From positions 1 through 54,498 of the forward strand of contig CAJCCR010000311.1 of the NCBI GenBank assembly GCA_903960945.1: a stretch of DNA of 54,498 bases, written 5' to 3'. The first letter of the stretch is position 1. Each line of letters begins with the position of its first letter. The notes below the pieces were generated by a model. It worked only from the letters and a program-made list of their open reading frames with translations. It made no database searches and was not told the DNA's origin. Positions 44,602 through 53,142 of this stretch are shown here, one piece after another. This stretch comes from an uncultured Planctomycetaceae bacterium (GTDB lineage: Bacteria > Planctomycetota > Planctomycetia > Gemmatales > Gemmataceae). The position numbers and the translations under genes are program-made.

Positions 44602-45915
44602 ATGCAAATGCCTGCTTCTTCTTTAAAAATTGGTATGATCGGTTTGGGTGTAGTTGGTACCGGCGTTGCCAAATTGCTATTTGAGCAGCAAGAAAGGCTG
44701 GCAAAAAAAGCCGGCAGGCCACTCGAACTTACCAAAATCGCTGTCCGCGACCCCTCTAAACCGAGGGATATAAATATACCTGATTCAATTATTACTTCAC
44801 GCTGGGAAGATGCCGTAAATGATCCTTCCCTTGACATTGTGGTTGAGCTGGCAGGTGGCACCACTTGGACCAAGAAAGCCATTTTAGATTCTCTTGCCTC
44901 TGGCAAACACATTGTTACTGCCAACAAAGCTTTGCTTGCAACTCATGGCAAGGAAGTTTTTGATTGTGCCAGGAAATATAATCGCTGCGTGGCTTTTGAA
45001 GCAAGCGTTGCGGGCGGTATTCCCATCATCGGCGCTCTTACGCAAGGCCTTGCTGCAAATAAAATCATTGGGTTGCGTGGCATTCTGAACGGAACATGTA
45101 ATTTTATTCTTACATCTATGAGTGAAACGGGTGATTCTTATCAAAGTGCATTGGCTGAAGCTCAAAAGCTCGGGTTCGCTGAAGCTGACCCAACTATGGA
45201 TGTTGATGGTACTGATACCGCACATAAACTCGCAATCTTGGTGCAAATTGCTTTCGGCCAAACTGTTCCCTTTAGTGCCATTGATCGTGTTGGCATTGCT
45301 GGCTTAAACAGCATTGATATTCACTTTGCCCATGAGTTGGGTTATGGCATAAAATTGCTTGCCGAAGCTTGGATCAATGATGGCAAACTCGCAGTTCATG
45401 TCTCCCCGGTTTTACTTCGAATGCATTCCCCACTTGCACAGGTTCGTGGTGCCTATAATGCAATTCAGGTAATTGGCGATGCGGTAGGAGATACACTTCA
45501 TTATGGCCTTGGTGCAGGTCGAATGCCCACTGCCTCTAGTGTGGTTGCAGATATCATCGATATCGCTGTTGGAAGGGCTCAAAATACTTTTACTTCCATG
45601 AATTTGTGGTCGGATTCTAGTGCTGTAACTCCATTGCTCTTAAGTGATGATGTTAATAGTAGATATTATCTTAGGTTGCTTGTGGAAGATAAACCTGGTG
45701 TTCTTGCCGATGTTACACGCTTGCTTGCCAATCACCAAATTAGTATCGCTTCTATTATTCAACATGAAGCGCAGGGCGAAAACGCAAACGGTAAGGTTCA
45801 GCTAGTTATAATGACCCACTTATCCAAGTGCGGAAAATTCAAAGCAGCAGCCAATGAATTGACTCGTCTCGATTGTGTATCGGGCAGTGCTGTGCATTAT
45901 CCTGTCGAAGATTAA
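44602..45915 (+). CDS. hom: homoserine dehydrogenase (with C-terminal ACT domain)
   Basis: IGMIGLGVVGTGV Rossmann motif, ANKALLA, the EASVAGGIPII catalytic core, and an ACT-like tail (YYLRLLVEDKPGVLADVTRLLANHQISI). The start may be at 44602 or 44608. Confidence 0.92.
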   Translation: MQMPASSLKIGMIGLGVVGTGVAKLLFEQQERLAKKAGRPLELTKIAVRDPSKPRDINIPDSIITSRWEDAVNDPSLDIVVELAGGTTWTKKAILDSLASGKHIVTANKALLATHGKEVFDCARKYNRCVAFEASVAGGIPIIGALTQGLAANKIIGLRGILNGTCNFILTSMSETGDSYQSALAEAQKLGFAEADPTMDVDGTDTAHKLAILVQIAFGQTVPFSAIDRVGIAGLNSIDIHFAHELGYGIKLLAEAWINDGKLAVHVSPVLLRMHSPLAQVRGAYNAIQVIGDAVGDTLHYGLGAGRMPTASSVVADIIDIAVGRAQNTFTSMNLWSDSSAVTPLLLSDDVNSRYYLRLLVEDKPGVLADVTRLLANHQISIASIIQHEAQGENANGKVQLVIMTHLSKCGKFKAAANELTRLDCVSGSAVHYPVED

Positions 45916-45932
45916 CCCCATAGGTACCTAAA

Positions 45933-47159
45933 ATGAAGTATGTAATTGTCATTCCAGATGGATGTGCTGATGACCCACAAATATCCTTGGGCGGAAAAAC
46001 CCCGCTTCAAGCTGCTAACAGGCCTGCGATGAATGCTGCTGCGAAAATGGGGATGGTTGGTTTATCCAATAATGTTCCAGCATCTCTTACCCCCGCAAGC
46101 GATGTTGCCACGCTTAGCCTATTTGGTTACGACCCAATGGAAGTTTATACAGGCAGAGCCCCTCTTGAAACCGTGGCGATGGGCATCAAGCTAAACCCAG
46201 GCGATTGGGCGATCCGTTGCAATCTTGTTAATGTTGTTGATGGCGTGATGAAAGATTTTACCGCAGGCCACATCGCAAACGAAGATGGAAAGGAACTCAT
46301 CAACACACTGCAGGAAAAGTTGGGTGGAGAAATTAAATCGCCTTCTGGGAAGGTGCTGGGTGTGCTTGAATTTCATGCCGGAGTAAGTTACCGCAACATC
46401 TTGGTTTATCGGTGCAAAGAGCCCGCGCCATTTGCAAAAGAAACTAAAGGACAGCCGCCCCATGATATCCCTGATAAAGCTGTGGCACCTTATCTTCCTA
46501 GCGGGCCTGGATCTGAATTGTTGAAAGATATCATGCAGAAAAGTCAGGCATTATTTCTTGATCATAAGGTTAATAAGAAACGAATTGCAGAAGGCCACAA
46601 ACCAGCCACCCAGTGTTGGCTCTGGGGTATGGGCGTATCTCCAGTGTTAAAAAAGTTTGCGGATGTTCATCATGTGAATGGCGCAATCATCAGTGCGGTT
46701 GATCTCGTTCGAGGTGTCGGCATGTTGCTGGGTTGGAACCGTATCGATGTTCCTACTGCAACAGGATATCTTGATACGGATTACGCTGCTAAAGGCCGTT
46801 ATGCGATTGAGGCAATCAAAAACCACGACCTTGTTTGTGTACATGTTGAAGCACCAGACGAAGCTTCGCATGAAGGTCGGGTTGATGCCAAAATTGAAGC
46901 TCTGGAACAAATCGATCGACACATTGTTGCGCCATTGATGGCGGTATTGCCCAGCTACAAGGATTGGCGGATATTAATTTCGCCTGACCACCGGACACCA
47001 GTTCAGACCCGTGCGCATTCCCATGGTGCGGTTCCGTTTGTCATCGCTGGTACAGGAATTCTTGCCAATGGGCACGAGACTTATGATGAGGTTACTGCCG
47101 CTGCTAGTTCAATTCTTTTTGCCAAGGGGCATGATTTAATGAACGTTTTTCTTAAATAA
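45933..47159 (+). CDS. iPGM-like alkaline-phosphatase-superfamily protein; candidate non-canonical homoserine kinase
   Basis: MKYVIVIPDGCADDP...LGGKTPLQAA and C-terminal SPDHRTP. It is a paralogue of the apgM-type gene at 24864-26069. It lies 17 nt downstream of hom. Confidence 0.7.
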   Translation: MKYVIVIPDGCADDPQISLGGKTPLQAANRPAMNAAAKMGMVGLSNNVPASLTPASDVATLSLFGYDPMEVYTGRAPLETVAMGIKLNPGDWAIRCNLVNVVDGVMKDFTAGHIANEDGKELINTLQEKLGGEIKSPSGKVLGVLEFHAGVSYRNILVYRCKEPAPFAKETKGQPPHDIPDKAVAPYLPSGPGSELLKDIMQKSQALFLDHKVNKKRIAEGHKPATQCWLWGMGVSPVLKKFADVHHVNGAIISAVDLVRGVGMLLGWNRIDVPTATGYLDTDYAAKGRYAIEAIKNHDLVCVHVEAPDEASHEGRVDAKIEALEQIDRHIVAPLMAVLPSYKDWRILISPDHRTPVQTRAHSHGAVPFVIAGTGILANGHETYDEVTAAASSILFAKGHDLMNVFLK

Positions 47160-47163
47160 ACAA

Positions 47164-47196
47164 TCACCTGCATTTAAAGTACATGAATGCAGGTGA
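47164..47196. terminator. bidirectional terminator hairpin between convergent genes
   Basis: Perfect 11-bp stem TCACCTGCATT (47164-47174) / AATGCAGGTGA (47186-47196) with an 11-nt loop. It sits in the 50-nt gap between the two stops. Confidence 0.7.
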
Positions 47197-47209
47197 ATCT
47201 TGTTTGAGC

Positions 47210-48253
47210 TTAGCGTTGGAAAATAGGTATGTATTGTGCTGGTACCGAGAGTGCAATCACAGCGATACTGGTTTGGTAAATAGGCCCTACTTTGTGCGAG
47301 TCAAGGTTGTTGCCAGACCACGAACCATCCGGCCCTTGTTCTGGTAAAACAAGTTCTTTTAGCTTTGCATACCAAGAGTTCCAAGCAGCACCGCCCACTT
47401 GATGCATGGCATGGCTTGCATAGTAATGACCGTACCAAAAGTGAGATTTACTCTTGAAGTGTTTTTCAAGATATTCGACAGCTAGGGGGATATCCTTGGA
47501 GTCGTACTTGCCAGCTAACTGTAAAACACAAAGCCCTGCTGCTGTTCGTGCGAATTCCGGACCACCAGATCTTGGCTGATAATTATAGCCTCCGGTTTTT
47601 GCATCTCTGCAGCTTTCGATGTATTCGATTGCTTTTTTGAGTGTTTGATCAGGAACATGAAGGCCAGCATTTTTTGCTGCCCTTAGTGCCATAACTTGCA
47701 TAACCGTGACGGAGATATCAGCATCAGCAGGAGTCGGGTTGTAGCGCCATCCGCCCTGAGGATTTTGGCTCCGGATGATCAAATCGACTGCACGCTTTAG
47801 CACGGGCCGAATCGAATCATCCGATGTTGTTCCCCAAAGTTGGGATAAGGTAAGCGTTGCAATCCCATGTGAATACATGCTTTGGCCGCCCCCTCGAGCG
47901 CCAATAAGTAGACCATCAGGCTCTCGTGCAGAAGCAATCAAAAACTGTGCACCTTTATTCACTTCAGGTCCAAACATACCTTGTCCAGGCAGGTGCCCCT
48001 GGCTCATATAAGCCAACAATGCAAAAGATGTTATTGCGGTGCTGTGTTGATATCCCCCATCAGACCAAGAGCCATCAGGGTTTTGCTTGGTTGCCATGAA
48101 TGCCAAAGCTTTGGCAATCGCTTTTTTTGTAGGCTCATCCAGTTTTGCATGGATTACGGAGGAGGCCTTTTCTTGAGCAAAACCAGGGACTGCAATCCCA
48201 AGGATTGAAGCTGTTAAGCAAGAATTAAACTTTCGCCTGTTGAATTGGTTCAT
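47210..48253 (-). CDS. secreted prenyltransferase/squalene-oxidase-repeat (alpha/alpha-toroid) protein
   Basis: Tat-like leader (NRRKFNSCLTASILGIAVPGFAQE). Repeated QxxDGSW/GGW motifs (QNPDGSWSDGGY, QNPQGGWRYNP, EQGPDGSWSG) are typical of terpene-cyclase/prenyltransferase-like repeats. Confidence 0.8.
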   Translation of the reverse strand: MNQFNRRKFNSCLTASILGIAVPGFAQEKASSVIHAKLDEPTKKAIAKALAFMATKQNPDGSWSDGGYQHSTAITSFALLAYMSQGHLPGQGMFGPEVNKGAQFLIASAREPDGLLIGARGGGQSMYSHGIATLTLSQLWGTTSDDSIRPVLKRAVDLIIRSQNPQGGWRYNPTPADADISVTVMQVMALRAAKNAGLHVPDQTLKKAIEYIESCRDAKTGGYNYQPRSGGPEFARTAAGLCVLQLAGKYDSKDIPLAVEYLEKHFKSKSHFWYGHYYASHAMHQVGGAAWNSWYAKLKELVLPEQGPDGSWSGNNLDSHKVGPIYQTSIAVIALSVPAQYIPIFQR

Positions 48254-48263
48254 GATGATCAAC

Positions 48264-51194
48264 TTATCTAGAAGAAGGCAGCGGTGCCTTGCTCGTTTTT
48301 TGCTTATCTGCCAAGTCGCGGTAGTATTTTTGAATCATAGCTGAATATTCAGGTGGAAGATTCGCACCTAACGATTGCAGTAAAGCTTCGCGTTCTTTTT
48401 CAGGAAGCTTAAGGAATCCGCCATTGGCTTGAAGTTCAAGCAATTTTGCAAGCGCAGCTTCTTCTGTGCCATCGGGTTTGCGGTCCCCATCGCCTTTGGT
48501 TTCCGCTTGTTTGGAATTTGGCATGGGTGAATCCTTAGGTTCAGCTTTGGCATCTTTAGGCTCCGCTTTTTGGTCGGATTTTCCGTCTGCTTTTGCCAGT
48601 GCTGTTTCACCCGGAACCCCCATGGGTACATCCAAGGCCTTGGCCAGCTCATTAAGCATTTCTAAAGCTTTTTCTAAACTCTTGGTAGCTTCTTCTTGCT
48701 TAGCCGCAGCTTCTTGAATATTACCCTTAGCGGCAGCTTCTGCGCCCTTTTCAAGCAAAGCTTCCGCAGCTTTCAAATCACCCTTTAGATTGTCCGGAAC
48801 CAACGCCTCAGCTTGCATTAAGGCGTCTTTTGCCATGTTTCCTGCATCTTGAGCTTTCGCAAGATCCTTAGTTGCTTCTAATAAAGCTTTCTGTTCATTC
48901 GCCATTTCCTTAGCGCCCTTTTCTGGAGATTCATTAAGGCCTTCCAATGCGGCTTTTTGGGCGTCGATAGCTTTATTAATGTCGCCCTTGGCTAAAGCTT
49001 TTGCAGCATTCGCAGCAGCTTCTGCCGCTTCAGGGTTCTTATCTTTGGCATTATCAAGTTGCTTTGCGAGGTCTCCTTGCTTCTTTGCAAGATCCATTTC
49101 GGCTTTACCTTCGCCAAGTTTTTCCTTGGCATTTGCGGTGGCTTTTTCAGCTTCTTTATTTTTGTCGAGGGCTTGTGCAACTCTGCGTGCAGCTTCGCTT
49201 ACATCAGCTTGCTTCATCTCTTCTTTTGCTTGAGCAACAGCTTTATCCTGCTTGTCAGCCTTTACCATTTCAGCAGCATCTTTTGCAGCCATGTCAAGTT
49301 TTTCTGCAGCATCAGCAGCAGCTTCTGCGGCTTTAGCAATATCATTGTTTTGCAGAGCTTTTTCAGAATCCTTCTGATCTTTTACAGCTTCATCCGTAGC
49401 TTCTTTAACATCGCCCTTGGTGTTTTTAGCTGCTTTTTCTGTTTCTGCCATCGCTTTTTGTACATCTTTAGCAAGATTTTTTGCGATATCTTTTGATTTT
49501 AGTGCATCCATTGCACCTTCTTGTTTTGCCTTATCCAACTTCTGTGCGACTTCTTTTTGTATTTCTGCAGCTTTGGCTAATTCATCTGCAGCTTTTTCTC
49601 GCTTGGCAACATCATCAGCTTTGGCTTTTTCCTTTGCTACTTCTGTTTTCGCGGCTTCCTTTGCTTTGGTTAATTCTTCTAATGCTTCCTTCATTTTGGG
49701 CGCAGCTTTTTCTAACCCTGCTTTAGGGTCAGGGTTATTGACCGCTGCTTCCGCCGCTTTATCTTGAGCATCTGCAGCCTTTTCTAAAGCTTTCTTTACT
49801 TCTTCAGGTATGCCGGGGGATTCCTTTGCAGTATCCTTTGCTTTTTCAGATAAGTCTTTTTCTTGTTTTGCAATGTTTTCTGCTGCTTTTGAATCAGGTT
49901 TTGCTTCAGGCGTTGTCATGTTTTTTGCAGTTTCATTAACCTGCTTTTGTTTCTCTTCTAATTTCTCGATTTTATTTACCAAGTCTTGTGCTTTGGCAAC
50001 TGGGTCTTTCGCCTTATCCATGATCTTTGCAACTTCAGCATCGATTTTTTCTTTTGCGGCTTCTAATGCTTTCAGTGCTTTATCTTGGGCAACCTCAGCT
50101 TTTTTATCTTCCGCAGCAGCAAGAGTCTTGGCAGCTTCTTCAAGTGCAGCTTCAGCCTTAGCTAAATCTGGTTTAGCATTTTGTACTGCTGGTTCAGTAG
50201 TCTTTAAAATATCCTTCGTTAGATTAGCCATGTCCGCTTCTTTTTTTGCCACTTCCATTTTGGCTTCAGGTGTCTTGGGGGTATCTTCATCTTTCATCTT
50301 TTCATTGATTTCTTTTTGATCGCGAACCATTTTACCTACTTTGTCCTGCAACTCTTTTAATGTTTGTAGGGTGTTTTTTGGTGCTCTCCAAGCATCTGCT
50401 ATTTTCTTCATCGCAAAATGATTTTGTTCGGTGTAGTTGGAAGCAGGTTTGAAATTGCGAATTGATTCCTGATTGTCACCATATTTGGTTAAATGATCTG
50501 TAACCAAAGAAAGCGTCCCTCGAATGTTTTCCGCTTTGGCAATTCTTAGGCCTTCTTTTAGTCTATCTTTGCGCTGGTCATCTAATTTCGATTCAAGATC
50601 TGCAGCTTGTGAAAGAATTACTGATACATCAACATTAAGGTCGCGTTGGCGATCTATTAGCTTGGTTACAATCGTTGGGAACATTGATTTGGTTTTGCTG
50701 TTTTTGTCTTCGAGCATGCCGTAAAAAATCATAAGAGTTGCATTGATCGAGAATTCTTCTTTCGAAGCTTTGGCCATTCTTTCAGCAGCAATTTCAAGCG
50801 AGCGAATTGCTTGTTGCTTTAATGCCAATTCGCGAAGCTTTTCTAAAATTTGTTGATGGCGAACATAGGCTAGTTTTGTTTCATCATCGGAGGTGATTTT
50901 TGAACTTGCCTTCGCTGAAGTTTCGAGGTGCTTAATAACTGCAACCATATCTTGTTGGCGCAGTGATTTAAGAACGGTGGTTGCTTCGACAACCAATTTT
51001 GATTCTTCAGAATCGTTAAGGTTGTAGTACGACAAAATGTTTAATAAGGTTTCGAGGCGCTTGGTTGCTTTTTCTGTTTGTAAGGCTGTTGATTCTTGTC
51101 TTTCAATTTTTACTTTTGTTGTGGTTTGGCCTTGGGCCAAAACGGGAAGTGAAATCAGAAAACAAAGCAAAGAAAAACGAATTGTTTTGAACAT
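48264..51194 (-). CDS. secreted giant coiled-coil Ala/Lys/Glu-rich protein (976 aa)
   Basis: Signal peptide MFKTIRFSLLCFLISLPVLAQG, then about 600 aa of A/K/E/D low-complexity helix. The conserved-looking tail is LPEKEREALLQSLGANLPPEYSAMIQKYYRDLAD. The stop is 10 nt before the next gene. Confidence 0.8.
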   Translation of the reverse strand: MFKTIRFSLLCFLISLPVLAQGQTTTKVKIERQESTALQTEKATKRLETLLNILSYYNLNDSEESKLVVEATTVLKSLRQQDMVAVIKHLETSAKASSKITSDDETKLAYVRHQQILEKLRELALKQQAIRSLEIAAERMAKASKEEFSINATLMIFYGMLEDKNSKTKSMFPTIVTKLIDRQRDLNVDVSVILSQAADLESKLDDQRKDRLKEGLRIAKAENIRGTLSLVTDHLTKYGDNQESIRNFKPASNYTEQNHFAMKKIADAWRAPKNTLQTLKELQDKVGKMVRDQKEINEKMKDEDTPKTPEAKMEVAKKEADMANLTKDILKTTEPAVQNAKPDLAKAEAALEEAAKTLAAAEDKKAEVAQDKALKALEAAKEKIDAEVAKIMDKAKDPVAKAQDLVNKIEKLEEKQKQVNETAKNMTTPEAKPDSKAAENIAKQEKDLSEKAKDTAKESPGIPEEVKKALEKAADAQDKAAEAAVNNPDPKAGLEKAAPKMKEALEELTKAKEAAKTEVAKEKAKADDVAKREKAADELAKAAEIQKEVAQKLDKAKQEGAMDALKSKDIAKNLAKDVQKAMAETEKAAKNTKGDVKEATDEAVKDQKDSEKALQNNDIAKAAEAAADAAEKLDMAAKDAAEMVKADKQDKAVAQAKEEMKQADVSEAARRVAQALDKNKEAEKATANAKEKLGEGKAEMDLAKKQGDLAKQLDNAKDKNPEAAEAAANAAKALAKGDINKAIDAQKAALEGLNESPEKGAKEMANEQKALLEATKDLAKAQDAGNMAKDALMQAEALVPDNLKGDLKAAEALLEKGAEAAAKGNIQEAAAKQEEATKSLEKALEMLNELAKALDVPMGVPGETALAKADGKSDQKAEPKDAKAEPKDSPMPNSKQAETKGDGDRKPDGTEEAALAKLLELQANGGFLKLPEKEREALLQSLGANLPPEYSAMIQKYYRDLADKQKTSKAPLPSSR

Positions 51195-51286
51195 TACGGT
51201 ACTCACTTTAGGTAGGAATATCTTTTGAAATGATAACCTGTAACTAATTACTTTGCCAATGCTAATTTACTTTAAAACCCTATAAA

Positions 51287-53140
51287 TTAAGGTTTTGGCG
51301 GTAAATTTGGTAGAAAGCCTTCGAAAACTGTCGATTGTTTGTTTTTAAGTTGCATTAATTTCTCTGTTTCTTTTTCTTTTCGTCTCCACCAAGCCAGTAA
51401 TTCATCTACTCCTACAACTTCTTTGATTAGTATTTCAGACTGCCCAGTTTTAGGTTCTGCGGGATTCATGTCGGTGACTTCAACGAAATACTCAATTTTA
51501 TCGCCTACCCGAATGTTTTTTAATGGCCCAATCTGGAAATCAAATCTGCCACCTGCAAGCCTTCTGCTAGGGGTTTTCCAAGGGTCTTCCGAGGGCAATG
51601 GGTAAAAGTCAATAACAGCTTTTGCTGAGCTATTTTCAAATGATCCTGCTTCGATGAGAAATTTTCCTGTTTTTTCTGATTCAGGTTTGAACTCTTGAAG
51701 AGGAAGTGTATTCCAATCACCTTTTTCATTGATCCGATAGCGGAACTTTGCAACCGATAAACCAGAATAACTTTCAGCTTTGTATGCAACCCTAAATTGT
51801 TTCCCAATCAATACGGGAAGGCCATCGATTTCAGTGTCTTCATCTTTGCCAAATACTCTTACGATGCCTGGTACTTGCTCAGGTAATAGAGTTACCAACG
51901 GTTCTTGAGTTTGCAGCACAGTGAGTTTTCGTTGCCAGTTGGGGTTTGATTCCAAACCATCTTGGTTACAAATATTAACCTGATATCTTACATTTCCCAA
52001 TTTAAGATTAAAACGAACAATCAAGGTTTGCTTGTTTTCGCCTAGGGCGCAGGGCATTGTCTCGGGGGTAAGATTTGAATCATAATTTTTGACGACTAAA
52101 GTTGCATCTTTGAGTGCTTGTGAACTTTTGAATTCAACTTGAACCGTGCTGCCTTCAATTCCATCAATGTCACCCTTGGGGAAGGTTTTTTCATAGGGAG
52201 AACCATCAGGGCGCTTCCCAAACCATTCGGGCATAAGTATTTTCGCAGAGACCATTTCCAAGGTAGGGCGATTTTTTCGGATAACAGGTAATGGCCCTGC
52301 TCTGCCGTCCCCAATCCGTATGGTTACAAAGCCATCTTCGATTGAAGAGGCTAGGGTTGCTTTCCACTGCCCCATTTCGTCAAGCTCTATGGGGATAACA
52401 AGTGTTTTTCCAGCTTGGTTTTTCCAGCGCATTTTACCCATTGCTGGGATGTAGCCTTTTGTCAGGCGTAAATCGAAACCGATGCTGACTTCTTCGCCTT
52501 CTGCAAGCACAATTTTTTCGGGAAGGTTAATGATGGTGGTGTTTCTCGGGATGGGCGTGTTCAAAAGAAATTGGCGTTTTAATAATGCCATTGCAGAATC
52601 GTGTGCGAAAAGCAATGAGATCACAACAAACAAGAATACTGGTGCGAATCGATAAGAGGATTCTTTCAGTTTTTTTAATTCAAGAGCATTGTTGAAATTA
52701 AAATTGGGGGAGCAGGCAACAACCTCGCCTGTTAATTCAGCAAGAAGTTTTTCCGACTTTTTGTCAAATCGTGCTTCTGGTCTGGAAAGTTGCAGAACTG
52801 TAATAAGGCGGTGATCAAATTCGGGGAATGTTTGTTCGATTTTAAGTGCGGTTTCATCTTCTTTGAATCGTTTAATTGCAGGCAGCACAACATAACTTGC
52901 AAAGCTTACCATTAATAAGGATAACCAAGAGGCGGTCATGAGTAATCGGAAGGGCATAGGAGTATCTTCTTCGATATCCCAGACCCAATCTGCAAGGCAG
53001 GCAATAGCAAGCAAAGGCAGAACGAAAAGAAGAGCTTTCGAAATCCCATAAATAATGTCTATGGATTTATTAAGCAGCCAGATTTTCTTAATCTGGTTGC
53101 GTATGGGACCCAGGGATTTGTAAATAAGTGCCTCTGCCAT
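51287..53140 (-). CDS. two-TM membrane protein with a large beta-rich extracytoplasmic domain (DUF4175-like N-terminus)
   Basis: Two TM helices (about aa 30-55 and 70-95 of the trimmed protein), then IEQTFPEFDHRLITVLQL, then about 430 aa of beta-strand-patterned sequence. ATG 53140 lies 2 nt after the upstream stop. Confidence 0.7.
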   Translation of the reverse strand: MAEALIYKSLGPIRNQIKKIWLLNKSIDIIYGISKALLFVLPLLAIACLADWVWDIEEDTPMPFRLLMTASWLSLLMVSFASYVVLPAIKRFKEDETALKIEQTFPEFDHRLITVLQLSRPEARFDKKSEKLLAELTGEVVACSPNFNFNNALELKKLKESSYRFAPVFLFVVISLLFAHDSAMALLKRQFLLNTPIPRNTTIINLPEKIVLAEGEEVSIGFDLRLTKGYIPAMGKMRWKNQAGKTLVIPIELDEMGQWKATLASSIEDGFVTIRIGDGRAGPLPVIRKNRPTLEMVSAKILMPEWFGKRPDGSPYEKTFPKGDIDGIEGSTVQVEFKSSQALKDATLVVKNYDSNLTPETMPCALGENKQTLIVRFNLKLGNVRYQVNICNQDGLESNPNWQRKLTVLQTQEPLVTLLPEQVPGIVRVFGKDEDTEIDGLPVLIGKQFRVAYKAESYSGLSVAKFRYRINEKGDWNTLPLQEFKPESEKTGKFLIEAGSFENSSAKAVIDFYPLPSEDPWKTPSRRLAGGRFDFQIGPLKNIRVGDKIEYFVEVTDMNPAEPKTGQSEILIKEVVGVDELLAWWRRKEKETEKLMQLKNKQSTVFEGFLPNLPPKP

Positions 53141-53142
53141 AA

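Noticed and set aside
44364-44927. 187-aa minus-strand ORF spanning the end of the 43192-44529 gene and the start of hom
   Set aside because: It is antisense to two well-supported genes and crosses their intergenic region. The translation has no motif.
48368-50724. A dozen ORFs of 60-170 aa, antisense or off-frame within the giant coiled-coil gene (for example 49059-49496, 49417-49767, 49810-50319)
   Set aside because: They are shadow ORFs created by the GCN/AAR/GAR codon bias of the Ala/Lys/Glu-rich gene. Their translations are Ser/Phe/Leu/Ala low complexity with no starts supported by ribosome-binding sites.
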